Positions 26,685 to 40,320 of a stretch of 64,000 nt of DNA are shown piece by piece (position 1 is the first letter of the stretch; each line of letters opens with the position of its first letter). Source of the stretch: Lama guanicoe (Eukaryota); contig MU053873.1 in assembly GCA_013239625.1 (NCBI GenBank), positions 3,486,524 through 3,550,523 of the forward strand, written 5' to 3'. The position numbers and the translations under genes are program-made. The notes beneath the pieces are model-generated. The model was not told where the DNA came from, did no database searches, and worked only from the letters and a program-made list of their open reading frames with translations.

Positions 26685-29600
26685 TTCACATTCTTGAACT
26701 CTTAAAAATATTGCAAGATATAAAATAAATAAATAAACAGAACAAAAGAAATGGGGAAAGAAAAGTCCATGGGGTCATTTTAAAAGCTTTTCCTCCTCTT
26801 ATACCTTATAGCTTACCCATTAATAACCCAGTAGAAAGAATTTTTTTCTCTACCTCTGTGAAATACATATAAACAACTCAGTCAATGTTCGGCCAGATGT
26901 GAAAAATTAAAAATAGTATGCTCCAAACTGGGTTGGCTTCTACAGAAAGAAATATATACAGAACCTATATTCAACACCTCAATCAGGAAAATCATGTTAA
27001 CATGTCACAGGACATTAATTTTTTTCAAGACCATTGGGCAATATTTTTAGGAATCTGTGAATATACAAGTTAAGTTGTTTTTGGTCCCCAGGTTGTGAAG
27101 TCACAGCTCCAAGAGCCCTGGGTAGCAGCAAGGCCCCCCGAGGAGGACGTGAAATGACCTAGCTAAGATTTAATTTGTTTTACGTCATTGCTCATCTATT
27201 ATCCTGAGTTGGAAGCCAAACAAGCCAATCTGTGAGCAAACCATTTTCCTGCGCCAGCCACATCGCCTTGGCTGTTATCGGCTGTGTATTTCAACATGGA
27301 TGGATGGGTTCTGCCCGGTCAGGGAGACGCAACTGAACTTGAACCGAGTCCAGCTGGTAGGATTTCTGGTTGCCAAGATGATCTGCTGCTTTCAAGGAGA
27401 GCAGAATTCAAAGGGTGATGAGTGAAGGGATAGGGAAAGGAGTGAGAAAAGGCAGATATATTTGCATACTGTAACCTAGGACTACACTGTGATTGGAGGA
27501 GGGACTTCTTGGGTAGCAGGGAAGAAATCAGGACTTCTCCTCCTCCTCTGCTCCCCAGTCATGGCTGTACTCTGTCCTTTTGGGTTTGGGTGTATCTTTT
27601 GTGTGTCAGTACCATCAGATAGCCTTGGTTTGGATCCCAGCCTCACCACTTATTTGCTGTGCAGCTTAGGGCATTACTTAACCTCTCTGTGCTTCTGGAA
27701 GCTTGTTGCAGAATGAGGATGGCATGCTTCAACAGTTAAATGAGCCAGTGAAGTGGTTAAGAACATGGGCTTTGGTGCTTCTGACTGCGTTTCAATCCCA
27801 GTTCTACCACTCATTTGCTGCGCAGCCTAGGGCAAATTACTTAACCTCTCTGTGCTTAAGTTTCCTCATATATGAAATAAACCTGATAGTAAGTGTCACC
27901 TTGGAGGCTTGTCCTGATGAGTTAATACAATCAGCACTGCTAGGTCTAAGCCCAGGGCCTTAAGAACTTATAATAAGCTCCCCAAGTTTCTTTTTTAACT
28001 GTCAGTCTAAGAGGCTCAGGGCAGCACAGGAGTTAAGAACTTAGATCAAATTCCCATCTCATTAATAGCATGACTTCTCTGGACTTTGGTTTCTTCTTTT
28101 GCCAGGTGGAGTTTCTATCAATGAATACTACCCCATCTATAGCTCAGCTGTAGACAGAACCAAATACAGTACCAGGGACTTGGTCATTAACTATTATTGG
28201 ATCATGACTGTAGGAACCATTGCTAACATTCTTATAACTCATTTCACCACCTAATGAGTCACCTGGGAAATAACATTTATTGAGCACCTACGGCATGCAG
28301 GGCAGTGAGTGGTCCAGACCAGGAGACCTGAACCCTCAATGCTTCCAGAAACTGACAACTGCTCTGGAGAAATACATTGACCCTCCACAGGGTATGTAGG
28401 GTAGCATGTGCCCAGGATTGTCATCTGTTGAGGTTTTGGTTGGCACCTGGAAGAGGAGGAAACTTCAGGGCTGGCAGAGCTTAGGGAACCTGGGAGGGGC
28501 TGTATCAATGGAGGGCAGCACCTGGACACAGGGCCAGGCACGGTCTCGGAAAGCAGACCATCTCTTAAAGCGCCGTTTCTATCCCCATCTCAGGCGATGA
28601 GTACTTTCTACTCCCTGCCTCCTGCCAGCTCATGTCTCCCAGTGCCTGATGCATCCTTTCCATTAGGGGATGTCAGCTTCACAGGAAGTCTACGATGAAG
28701 ATTCTCATTTTACAGGTGGAGAAACTGAGGCTCAAGGAGGTGGTGACTTGGCCAATCTCACCTGTTTAGTAAGTAGCGGAATTGGGTTTCAAACCCAGGT
28801 TGGAATCAGGTTCAGCTGTGAGTACCCAAATCAAGCTAGGATGGAGCCAAGTGGCTGGTGTACTAGGGACCAGAATCTTTCCTCCCCCGTGGTCTCTTGT
28901 GGACTATTTCAGAACTGTGTCTTCATATCAAATTGGAACAATCTAAGGAACTTTGAAAACCAAAGCCAGGAAACACCATCCACTTAAAAATGGAAATTTC
29001 ATGCACACTGCAGTGCCCAGGAGGTCCATTCATCACACATGTTTACAGGGAGAGGGGTCCAGTTCAGGTTTTAATTTTTTAATATCATATAGTTTTGGTT
29101 TAAGGATTAGATATACTTGGGTCTCAGTTACATCTCCAAGGCCATCTACTGAGCCACAATTGACTAAAATCTCCCACTGGGAAGGAACAGAGGCAGGAAA
29201 TGAACATTTATTTATGGTCAATAAACACAAGAACCATGAAGTGACTGACATACATCACCTCATTAAATCCCTGTAACCACTCTATGATGAAGCTACTATT
29301 ATGAGTCCATTTTACAGATGAGGAAACTGAGGTTCAGAAAAGTGAAATGACTTGCCCATCCTCCCAATTACTATGTCACACTGCCTCCCTCTCAATGTCA
29401 TTGTTCACACAACAGGGAGAATGACGCCCACTTCACGTGGGCTGCCGAGTCCCATGGGCCCAGGGTTGAAACAGCTTTGCACAAGCGTTTCCTCAGCATG
29501 CCTTTCCCACGTCTGCAAGACCAGAGTAATAATACTAATACGGCACAATTGTTCTGAGTCTTCAGCAAGATTATATTTACAAACCATCCAGCGCTGTCCC

Positions 29601-29899
29601 TAGCACAGGTGGGTGCACAACAGATGTTATGGATACGGCTGTGCCCCGACCTTGAACACATAAGAGGTCAACAAACTCTAATCCTCACCACACCCACTCT
29701 TCTGGCTACAAGGTGGGGAAGGACGGAAGCAGGAAGAGATGTAAATTTTACTTTCAAAAAGCTCACAGCCTTGACCGTGAGAGAAGAAAGACCATGGAAA
29801 CAAAAAGCAATCAAAAGAACCCATCTATAATTGTACGAGTTAGGGTGCTCCCAGTCGAGAAAGAAATACAACTAAATCAGCTTTTAAAAATGCATTCCT

Positions 29900-30136
29900 C
29901 AGGGGGTGGAAAGGAATAAATTTGGGAGTTTGAGATTTACAAATGTTAGCCACTATACATAAAAACAGATTTTAAAAAAAGTTTCTGCTGTATAGCACAG
30001 GGAACTATGTTCAATATCTTGTAATAACCTTTAATGAAAAAAATACAAAAATGAATATATGTGTGTATATGCATGGCTGGGACATTGCGTTGTACATCAG
30101 AAATTGACACATTATAACTGATGGCATTTCAGTTAA
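29900..30136 (+). mobile_element. 5'-truncated L1 3'UTR, same family as 48173-48837
   Basis: 3'UTR similar to the 48.2-kb copy. Perfect 14-bp TSD aaaaatgcattcct (29886-29899 / 30137-30150). Confidence 0.9.
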
Positions 30137-30989
30137 AAAAATGCATTCCTTTGCCCATAATATGCCAAGAATATAGTTAATCTAATAATAATAAATAATA
30201 ATAAGCTATAATAATATATTTTAGAATGTAATTAATTCTAAACTGTCAGTTAGTGGTTAAGAGCTTGAGATAGTACATCTTCAGGTATGGCTTGATCAGG
30301 GTTTTTCAACACAAATGATTTGTCATGGTGCCTTTACAATTCTGAGATTCACAGATAATATAATCCACCTATCACATAGTTTAACAGAAAACCAATATCA
30401 TGCCCTGTCTGTACTACAAAGGAGAGAAAAGAGAATAGATTTATAATAAAAACACACCTGTCAATGTATAAACGTCCACATAGCTCCACCAGAAGATAGA
30501 AGGAAGTAACCAAAAGCTTGCATATTTAAGAGATGAGACAGCATTTAGCTCAGTATTATCAATATTTTCTTTATATTTAACATCTTAGAGTGGCTACATA
30601 CGTATGTTCATATATACATATCTCCTAGAAAGGTCTGAATTATCATTTCCCCAATGGCTCTTGGTTTTTCATACCCAAACTTCACAGAACACCTATCTCT
30701 CAATGCCTGTTGGTGTTTATATAGGAAAAGTTTTGTATGTATGTCTCTAAAATTCAACGCAACATTTTAAACTAAACTCTATACAGAACACATCCGATGC
30801 TACACCCTCGATACAATTGCGGGAACATTAGGATCGGTTTGAAAAGTACCTCCAAGGGCAAGAAAAGGTGTGTGAATTTGTCACAACTGCTAGGAGAAGC
30901 CATGTCATATGAAAAAAACCACTGTTCATTTTCCTTTCTAGTGCCTTGCTGAAATATAATGAACACACAATAGCCTGCATCCATTTAAA

Positions 30990-31325
30990 TTATGCAATTT
31001 AATAATTTTTGACAGGTGTATACACCTGGGAAACCATTGCCACAATCAAAATAAAGAAAACATCCATTAATTTCCCCCCAATTTCCTTGTGCCTCTTTGC
31101 AGTCCCTTCCTCCCCCCACCCTAACCCCCGGCAGCCACAGAACCAAAGCAACTTTTTACTGCAGTGATGTCGATCACGTGACGACGTTGTAGGCACTTAA
31201 TATCCTAAATGAGAGCTTGTCACTCATATATAGCACTTGTGCTCCGTTTTAGTTACATTTTAGGAGATTGGCTGGGGATTTGAGGTTGACATGTAACGCA
31301 TTATAATTTTCCTATTTTTAAATAA
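30990..31325 (-). mobile_element. Old L1 (L1ME-like) 3' end, left half
   Basis: Typical antisense L1M 3'UTR (tgacaggtgtatacacctgggaaaccattgccacaatcaaaata...). Confidence 0.6.
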
Positions 31326-31329
31326 TGGA

Positions 31330-33378
31330 AACTAAGACTTCCGCATCTGGGGAGACGAAACAGATGTACTTCTTTCTTCTTTTCCTCCCATCACGTACAA
31401 CTTAGAAACCCTGGATGTTAGATGTAACATAAACTTAAGAAGACTTTGAAAAGCAGAGAGAAGAAGGAAGACCAGGTAGGACCTCAGCGCTTGGGGAAGG
31501 ACATTAGGGAGTAGCCTTGAGACAGGCTGGGACCTGGGACCCCTCACCAGAGTGCTTGCATCTGGACAAACACCTCTTTGAGCAACAGAACACAGAGAAA
31601 CGATAAGGGACTAAAACACATGCGTGCCCAGTTGGGGCAATTAGGAGCAATAAAGACACAAAAAGGCCACAAACCAACTGCCATTTCTGAGATGCGGGAG
31701 CAAAAGCAGGGTCCTGCGTCTGGTCCCTGCACACGGCACTACCGAGGGGGTGGGCAGACCACCAGGCACGCCTCCTGCCCAACCCGTGGATCCGCCCCCA
31801 CCCTCATCCCACGTAAGGAACCAGCCCGCCCTCCTCGGGGCGAGAGCAAGGGCACCTATTTCTTGTCCTCTCTCCTTCTTGCTACAGACAGCATGAGCCT
31901 TAATAAAGTCTTGCCTCAATTTCTTGTCTGGCACCTCATCAATCTCTATTGATTAAAGAGTCCAATGACCCGGGTCAGTAACAGCCTGAGATGTTTCTTG
32001 GCCTCACAGATCCCAGAGTTGGAACTAATAAAGCTGGCACCCCAGAAACAACAGGTGCGGACGGGAAAAAAATAAAAATAAAAACCCTAACAAAAGCCTG
32101 CTCTTTCTAGGCAAAGGACCAGGAAAGAGGCAGCCTAGCAGGACAGAAGACATTTAAGCAATCACCGCTCTACCACATTCAAACATGGAAATATAAGTCT
32201 CCCTGCGCACACCTGCAACAGCAAAAACCCAGAGGGGAGCACAGACTTCTACCACCAGGAAGCTTCTGGAGGTGCCCCAACACTCCTGCTAGGATGCTTT
32301 CAGGGAGGTCCAAGTGAGAAGAAAGGATTTTCATCCCCACCAACCGGTAATGAGCCCCTCCCTGGATTTCCATCTCCAGTTGGCAGCAATGAGGAATCCC
32401 TCCCTCCCATGAGAGAACTCCCTGATGCAGTGATGTCAAAAGAAGCCTAATGAAGAATTGGGAAATTCTTCACTGTCCGCTGATAATGGGACCACCCCCA
32501 CCTCAGCGTTAGTGGGGACCATACAGGAGCTGGGACCCTCCACCTAGGAGACATAAGAACCCTACTCTCCTCGGGTGTCAATGGTGGGAAATCTGGGCTT
32601 CTCCGTCCTTGGGCAGTGACTAAGTGGCATCCTTACCTCTTGCCCTGCCAGACCAGCATCAGAAAAAAGCCAACTAAAACCGAAGGTTTACATAAGATTC
32701 AGTCTCATAACGTAACAGAAAAATGTCCAGGTTTCACTTGTCATCACAAGAGCCAGAAAGAACTCAGACTGAATGGAAAAAAACAATCCATCGAATGTCA
32801 ACACCAAGATGAGACAGATGCTGGAATGATCTCACGGTGATTTTAAAGAAACCATGGTGAAAAGGCTTCAATGAGCGATTACGAACATGCTTGGAGCAAG
32901 TGAAAAAATAGACATCCTCAGCAAAGAAATGGGACATCTCAGCAAAGAAACAGAACATGTAAAGAGATAACAGATGGAAATCCTAGAACTGAAAAGTGAA
33001 ATAATTGCAACGAAAACGCAGTGGAGTGGCTCACGGCAGAATGGAGGGACAGAGGGGAAAATCGGTGCACTGAAATACAGCCCCATAGAAATCATCTGCA
33101 CAACAACAGAGAGTCCACAGACTAAAAAAAGTAAACAGAGATTCCCTCACCTATGGAACTATAACAAAATAGCTAATATTTGTGTTGCCGGAGTCCCGGA
33201 GGAGAGGAGAAAGAGGGCGAGTTTGAAAACACACCCAAAGGAATAATGATCGAAACTTCCCACATTTGTCAAAACACATATACGTACAGTTTCAAGAAGA
33301 TGAGTGAGCCAGACACATCACAATTAAATTTCTGAAAACTAAAGACAAAGAAATAAGATTGAAAGCAGCCAGAGAAAA
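31330..33378 (+). mobile_element. Old L1 5'UTR and degenerate ORF1, split by the solo LTR
   Basis: ORF1-like remnants (MEILELKSEII..., NICVAGVPEE, ttctgaaaactaaagacaaagaaataagattgaaagcagccagagaaa). Confidence 0.75.
31518..31983 (+). mobile_element. Solo LTR, ERV1-like (466 bp)
   Basis: TG...CA termini, perfect 4-bp TSD GCCT (31514-31517 and 31984-31987), AATAAA at 31902-31907. Confidence 0.85.
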
Positions 33379-33690
33379 TGTTTGTGAGATGCATGTGCAT
33401 CGCATGTGAAGCCACTGTTTACGCATCCTTATGTTTGCGTCATATTCTGTCATATGGAAACACTGCGATTTTATGACCCATTCTACTACTGAGGGACACA
33501 TGATTCATTTCTCTTTTTTTGGCCATTAGGGAATAAAGTTGCTGTGAGCATTCCTGAACAAGTCTTTGGTGAACATACGTAGGCATTTCTGTCGGGCATA
33601 GATGTTGAAATGGATTGCTAGATTATAGGGTAGGTGTGTGTTCAGCTTAAGAGAAACTGCCAGACTGCTTTCCAGAGAGTTCCAGCCAGT
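33379..33690 (-). mobile_element. Old L1 (L1ME-like) ORF2 C-terminal fragment, right half
   Basis: Minus-strand translation CPSVVEWVIKSQCFHMTEY resembles the L1 ORF2 C-terminus. Confidence 0.7.
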
Positions 33691-34319
33691 CCATTACCCT
33701 TGAGACAATCAACAACAATGGACAACTTTCCAAACTCCCTCTGGGAGGTGGGGGGGTCACACTGCCTGCTCTGAGCATTCACTGGCTAAAGGATGTCACA
33801 AAGCCCTGACCCCTTCCCTATTTCATCTCACTTCCAAGCGCCTTCTGTGCTGGCTTTGCCTTCAGATAGATCTCCTGGGAGATGGCCGGACGGCTGGCAG
33901 CACCTGGTGGAAAATGAGGCATTTCCCTCCCCTCTTCCAGTCCCTCTAACCTCAGTTGAAGAATTAGCTCTTGTTAATGTTCATCATATGTCCAACCACT
34001 AGCTAATCAGTGACGGAGAGGGGGTACCACACTCTGATTGGCCGGACCTTGGTCATGTGCTCATCCTGGGATGGTGGTCGGGTTGACTCTACCTGAAGTT
34101 CTTATAGGAAGCGTGAGGAGGGAGATTTCCAAGAGAAGAAGCGTGGTGCTGCTATTAAAAGAGTGACTGGATAGCAAGAACATCACATACCCACGACAAA
34201 GGTCGGGTGATAAACTCTGCGTTGTAGGCAGAGTTCTATAAGAGACTGAAAATCTGAAGGATTTCAGAATCAGGATCCGAACAGAAGTTAGGAGGCAAGC
34301 CTTAGAAGATGACATTTAT

Positions 34320-34800
34320 AAGGGATAAATATAAAGCTTTATTCTTAGGTCTCAAAAATTGCACAAGTACAAGATGGATTTTGCAGAAGCTCCTGTGAGT
34401 TAAATATATGGGTGTTTGTTCAGACCCAAATCAATGCAAGTGAAGAGTGTATTGTCAGGGACATAAAAGCTAAAGCTTTTCAAGGCCACATTAACAGAAA
34501 GTGTAAGGTCTAAATGAGGGATGGGATGGTTCATACTGAATTTTGTTCTGGTTCACTTTAGATTATAATGGATGGGAAAAGAGAGTGTCCAGGTAGATGA
34601 AGCAGGTTTAAAACCAGCCTTGTGAGGTGTGATTGAAGAAACATGCAAAGCTTTGCTTAAAGGAGAGAAGTTGGGACCTGGAGGGCAGGGAGACAGATAA
34701 TCGTTTTCAGAGCTTGGGAGGGCTGCCACTTGTGAGAAAAAATTAGATATGATCTGAAGGGCCAAAGGGTGTAAGCTTAGGGAATCCAGTTATCAGTACA
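34320..34800 (+). mobile_element. CR1/L3 LINE fragment
   Basis: aaaattgcacaagtacaagatgg...aaaagctaaagcttttcaaggccacattaacagaaagtgtaaggtc resembles the L3 3' ORF. Confidence 0.55.
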
Positions 34801-36159
34801 AGGTTGAAGATCCTACCAGTGACCTAAACAGACATTTCTTAGCTCGGGGTCAAAGCTGACTGATCACTGTTCAAGAATGCTGTAGCTTGGTTCTGCATAC
34901 CAGAGAGTGTCCTGTAGAAGTCTAGTTAAAAAGAAATCAAATCTGTCTGGAAGACACTGGACACTAAAGTCCTCTTTTTCACACTTACAATATCCAATGA
35001 GATTATCAAAGGCAATCAAAAGCCTGTGTAGCTTCCATTAAGCCAGTGTTTACCAAATGTCTTTGACCCAAAATCTTCCCCTTTTCTCCCAGTGACATCT
35101 ACGAACATCCTTTAGGACAAATGCCCTGGGAAACCCAGTTTAAGAAACACTGGGCGACTTAGGGTTTAGAGTTGTAGCTAACCATGGACCCATAACTTGG
35201 TGGGACGGTAAGGGTCAGTAAAGGCTGATCCTATCTTACTAATCCTTACCACCTCACCAAGTTAAGGTGGGGAGAGGCCTAAAGATACCTCCTAGGCACC
35301 TGGCATTGTGTTATGTTCAGAGATAAGGAGCTAACAAGCAGGGATCCCTGCCCTGGAATCTAGCGGGGGCGTCACCTGTGAAAAACACAGGACAGACACC
35401 GTAAATGAGCAGTGCTCCCAATGGGCTGGCAGCGCAAAGGAGAGTATGATGAACTCTCTTCCCTGCGATCAAAGAAGGAGCCCCAGGAGAAGACATGTGC
35501 GAGGTGGGATGAATGAGGGTTTTTCTGGGCAAGCAAGGCGCGGAAAGGCATTCCAGAGAGAGGGAACGGCATTGACAAAGGTGTGAAAGCTTGAACTAGG
35601 ATGCTGAGTTCAGAGGAATGGTGGGAGCTAGAGACTGTACAGGGACTTGGGTGCCCTGCCCCAGAGTTCAATGCTATCCTCGGCCCCCTGGGAAGAGGCT
35701 TGGGGAGAGGATCAAACAGGAGGGTGACCTGGTGAGATGTGTGTTCTAGAAGGAGGGTTTGAGAAGCTGAGTGGAGGAGAGGGCAGAGTAGGAGCAAGAT
35801 GAGTCCTGTTTTGGACGTGTTGAGTTTAAGATGCCCGTGGGGCATCGGCTAGGGGTGGATCACTCCTCAGATCAAAATGCAGAAGAAACTCAAGAGTGCT
35901 GAAGCCGGAAAGGGGCCCGTGGGAAAATAATCCCATTTTCGCCAGGATTTTCTCACTTTTCTGTATCTTTCCATTCGCATTTCTTTCTCTTCCCACACAG
36001 CAGCCAAAGCCCCAGTCTTCCGCTACACTTCGGGAGGGGGGGTGTAAGTTTTAAAAAAAAAAAATCCCACAGTGGGGAAAAAGTATCTGCTTTCTGATGG
36101 GCAGTCTCTAAGAAGTGGCAGAGCTTCGGATCCCAGCCAAGTGCCCTTTCCCTCCCCGC

Positions 36160-36340
36160 TCCCCTGGTGCGCATGTGCACACGCACACCGTCTCCCACGG
36201 GCTGGGGCCAGCGTTTCGACATCTCCGCGCAGATCTGTGTTTTTCTCCCAGGGCCATCTGTCGCTGACTCTGCTATAAATCTTGTTGTGTTTCCTTGCCA
36301 TATGGCATAATTAATTACTTCAAGGCACAAAGGACCCCAC
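36160..36340. promoter_or_regulatory. Candidate enhancer (E-boxes, homeodomain palindrome, SOX, MARE-like, NRF1-like motifs)
   Basis: Non-repetitive, CpG-retaining sequence with tightly packed motifs; see findings. Confidence 0.4.
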
Positions 36341-37129
36341 TGCTCCTCAGGCTGGGGGCCAGCTGGCTCACCGAGGAGCGATCTGCCATGGTGGGGCATG
36401 GCCTGGCTACTGTGCCCTGTCACCCAGCCTCCACGGCAGGACCTGAGTTGGCTGCAGCTCCCCGTTCCCTGTGGCAGCATCTGACAGCAGCTTGGCAGCG
36501 GCAGGGCCCTAGCTGTGACACGGGTGGCGTTTATAGACAATAAGGCCACACACCATCTATCGCCATCGAAGGCCATGCGTGTCTGTTAAGTCACCTGGGA
36601 CCCTTGGCATCATTTATCTTTGTCATTTAACAGCTAAGTCGAGAACAGCCTGTCTGTTCCACGTGGGCAGTGGTTTTGGGACTTCCAAATCTTTGGAAGA
36701 CAGCTGAAGGGGAAAAAATTAAACACAGCCATGGAAAGCAAGGGTGTCGGGTGAAATCTTCCCCCAGTGTTTAGCCTTCACATCTGTAAACAAGGAAGAT
36801 CAGATGGGCACTCTGTTCCCCTGTAGCTCTAGCATGCTAAGATTCCTTCCCTCCACCAACAAATATTCAGCCAACAACCAGCCTCGCACTCAGGGCTGGG
36901 GACACAGCTCTGACGGGGCAGACGTGGCTCCTGCTCTCATGGAGCTTGTTTCTACAGAGGGAGAACCACACATGCGTGCTCACACAGATGCAACATACAT
37001 GTAAACAGATCACATGATCTCAGGTGGTGGCCAATGGGATGAGGGACTAAATTAAGAGGAGGAGTTAGAAAACACCGGGGCACCACCTTTAGAGAGAGGA
37101 ATCACGGAAGACCTCTCCGAGGCGGTGAC

Positions 37130-37658
37130 TTTTTATTAAACAGACATATTGAGATATAATTCGCAAACCACAACACTCATTCTTTTCAAATATACAGTTT
37201 GGGGGTTTTAAATATATTTGAGAGGCTGTACAATCATCATCACAATCAAATTTTGGAACATTTCATCACCCCTCAAAAGAAATCTTGTACCAATTAATAG
37301 TCACTCCCCTTTCTCCTCCTCCCCCTACCCACCAGTAACCACGAGTCTACTTTCTTTCTCTGTAGATTTGCTTATTCTGGGCATTTATTATGAGTGGAAT
37401 CACACAATATGTGGTCTTTTGAGAACGGTTTCTTTCAGTTAGCATAATGTTTTCAAGTTTTATCCACATTGTAGCATGTATCAGCATGTTGTTCCTTTTC
37501 ATCGCCAAATAATATTCCATTATGTGGATATAGGCTGTTTTGTTTATTCTTTCATCAGTTGATGGATAGTCGGGTTGTTTCCACTTTTGGACCATTATGA
37601 ATAATGCTACTAAGACTATTCCTGCACAAGCTTTTGTGTAGATATGTTTTTATTTCTT
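37130..37658 (-). mobile_element. L1MB-like 3' end inserted in an L2
   Basis: Minus-strand translation KWKQPDYPSTDERINKTAYIHIMEYYLAMKRN. L2-like sequence on both sides. Confidence 0.85.
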
Positions 37659-38224
37659 GAAGAAGTGATATTGAACCCTAGATCTGAAGGGGACGAAAGA
37701 GCCAGTCGTGCCAAAAGCTGGGGGGAGATTATTCTTGGCTGAGGGGACAGCACAGGCAAAGGTCTGGAGATGAATGGACTCCAGCATCCTTTGTGTGTAT
37801 CACAGACTTGGGAGGAATTAAAAAAGCATTATCTGTGAACTGCACAAATCTAACTTTCTACTGACCTGTGCCTGGTCTGGCTCTGAACTGTGTAATCTGT
37901 GGCTACTCAAGTCTGAGGGTCATTGTCTGCTCAGAGGGAAATTCCTTGGATTGGGTAAAACGGGGCTGATTCCTGAGGCCCCACAATTTGGGGGGAACAT
38001 AGGGATCATGGGCAGGGGGAGTTGAATGGAGCCATTCAGGGTGGCAGCACAATGTGGAGGTAGAGGGATTTGAATGACAGATCCTGGCACTGGTACACAA
38101 GCCCATAACTACCCCCAACTCCCACATAACACAGCCCGGTTGCCTGGCAGCCCGTATCCTCTCTCTGTTTCTGTATCACCCTGGCCACCAGTGAGATCTT
38201 TTCCTTTAATGAGTTTTTGCATTG

Positions 38225-38460
38225 ATTTCCCTCCTCCCAGCTTTAGTGAGATATTGACGTACAATGCTGCATAAGTTTAAGGTGTACAACATATTGATTT
38301 GATACACTTACATATTGCAAAATGATTACCACCCTAGTGTTAGCTCACACCTCCATCAGGTCACGTAGTTACTGTTTCTCTTTTGTGGTGAGGACATTTA
38401 GGATCTACTCTCTTAGCAACTTCCAAGTATACAATACAGTATTATTGACTATAATCACCG
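38225..38460 (-). mobile_element. L1MA-like 3' end
   Basis: gtggtgaggacatttaggatctactctcttagcaacttccaagtatacaatacagtattattgactataatcacc. Confidence 0.8.
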
Positions 38461-39499
38461 CGCATTTGTTTTTAACCCGGTTTCACCTGGATCAACCTGC
38501 CGCTAGTTGTAAGGGGCTGAGCTCACACTGGCTTAGATGTCCCATGCAAGGGTCCGGGGAGGGCAGTCCACCAAGCGCTGCTATAGGGAGGGTCTTACAG
38601 AGTGTGTTAAGTGAACAACAGGACGATAAATCTGCCTGCTTGACAGTGAAAACAGATGGGGCTTAGAGGAGTTAAGGTCGCAGAGCTTAGATCTAGATCA
38701 GAAAGCTGAAAAGGGAAAAGCTGGCTTTTGAAAGTGAATTCTTGAGCTCTTTGCAGAAACCCCTCAGTAGTACATCAGCATACTCCTTTTCATAGCTGTT
38801 AAAGCTTCTTCACACAAGGCTCCTTTCTGCTCTATCATTCCAAGCATCTCATCTCATAGGCAATAATGGCTGCTGTTGCGCCAGACATCACATCTGCACC
38901 ATAGGCAGGAAAAGGAGGAAATGGCAAAACTACTCTCATTCCTTAGTCAAGTTTGCTTCTTTTAAATAACTCCTGAAAGCTTTATCTAACGGCTTTTACT
39001 TAGACCTCATCATGCATGCCTACCTGCAAGGAAGGCTAGGAAACATACTTAAATGGCCAGGGACATTGCTGAACCTAGCACTAGATTGTGGCTGTTACTC
39101 AGGTAGAGGGGGAGGGTGGATAATAAGCAACTAATAGTATCCACAGCAGGGTCTTAGTTTAGACACTTGGTGGAGGCCCTCCTCTGCTCACCCCATCCAA
39201 AATAGCACCTCTCACTCTAAACCTCCACCCTGATACGTGTTTCCAAGAATGTATCACTTTCTAAACTTACTTATGTATTAGTTTCTTTATTTGTAGACTG
39301 ACTTTCCCCACTAGGATGCCAAGGTCCATGACAGCAGAAACTATATCTGCCTTATTCATCACTGGCTCAAGTTAGAGAGCCGTGCAGAGCTCCAGGCGAG
39401 TGTTGAATAGACCGCATCCCAAAGTGGGGCTGTGAGCATTTCATGAGATGCGGAGTACAAGGCACTGAGCCCAGAAACGGACATGGAGGGGCCGGGACC

Positions 39500-40320
39500 T
39501 GCTAGTGCTTGCTACTCCATCTCCCTGTTCTTGCCATTGGCGTGACCATAAAACTGAGTTCTGGCCAATGAAAGAGTGTCAGAGGTGACATGCGCTACTG
39601 GCCCCTAAACCTCTCATGCCACCTCCATGCTTTCTCTTTCCTCATTGGCCCACGATTCAGTGGCAGCACCTTAGAATCTGTTAGAGCTCTAGAGTGGAGG
39701 ACTTCAGGGTTTCTGAATGGCTGCCGGAAGGGGGCCCCACCCACAGCATCCTGGGCTGTGAGGGAGAAACAAATCTTCATAGCTTAAGCCACCGAAGTTT
39801 GGGGCTGTTCGTTACAGCAGCATTTCTTTAGCCTTCACTGCATCAGAAACCACCCTCAAATGTATCTGAATATCTTGTGTCTCATGATTCCTTGGGCTGC
39901 CTCTGCATTTCCTCTGCCAGTCTTGCCTGGTCTCATTCACAGAGCTGCACTCAGCTGGGGAGTCAGCTGGGCTGGAGGGTCGGAGATGGCCCCACTCAAT
40001 GTCTGGCAGTTGATGCTGCCCTGTCTGACCTCTGATTTCCGCCATGTGGCCTCTCACCCCCTAGCAGGCAAGACTGGCCATCTGCACAGCCTAATGGTCC
40101 TAAAATTTCCAGAGGGCAAGAAAAACAGCAGTTCTCACGAGATCAAGCCTCAAAGGCACACAGCATCACTTGTGGTGCACCTTGTGGGTCTAAGCAAGTC
40201 AGATTCAAGAGGGTGGAGAAATAGACTCCACGCCTTGCAGGGAAGAGCACAAATAGCACATTGCAAAGGAGTGTGGGCCCAGAGGGACGGGACCCTGGGG
40301 GTCATTATTATCTGGGTCTA
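39500..40320. mobile_element. Two adjacent old MaLR/ERVL-type LTR fragments in opposite orientation
   Basis: ctgagttctggccaatgaaagagtgtcagaggtgaca...gttcgttacagcagc, then gctgcactcagctgggagtcagctgggctggagggtcggagatggc. Confidence 0.55.

Noticed and set aside
29590..29612. REST/RE1-like half site gcgctgtcc
   Set aside because: The second half (ggtgctgaa) is missing.
30300..30985. Possible old DNA-transposon fragment
   Set aside because: AT-rich and repeat-like, but I could not identify termini or a family.
35953..36576. 207-aa minus-strand ORF, the longest gap-free ORF in the window
   Set aside because: No resemblance to any protein I recognise; GC-rich sequence lacks stops by chance and is better explained as regulatory.
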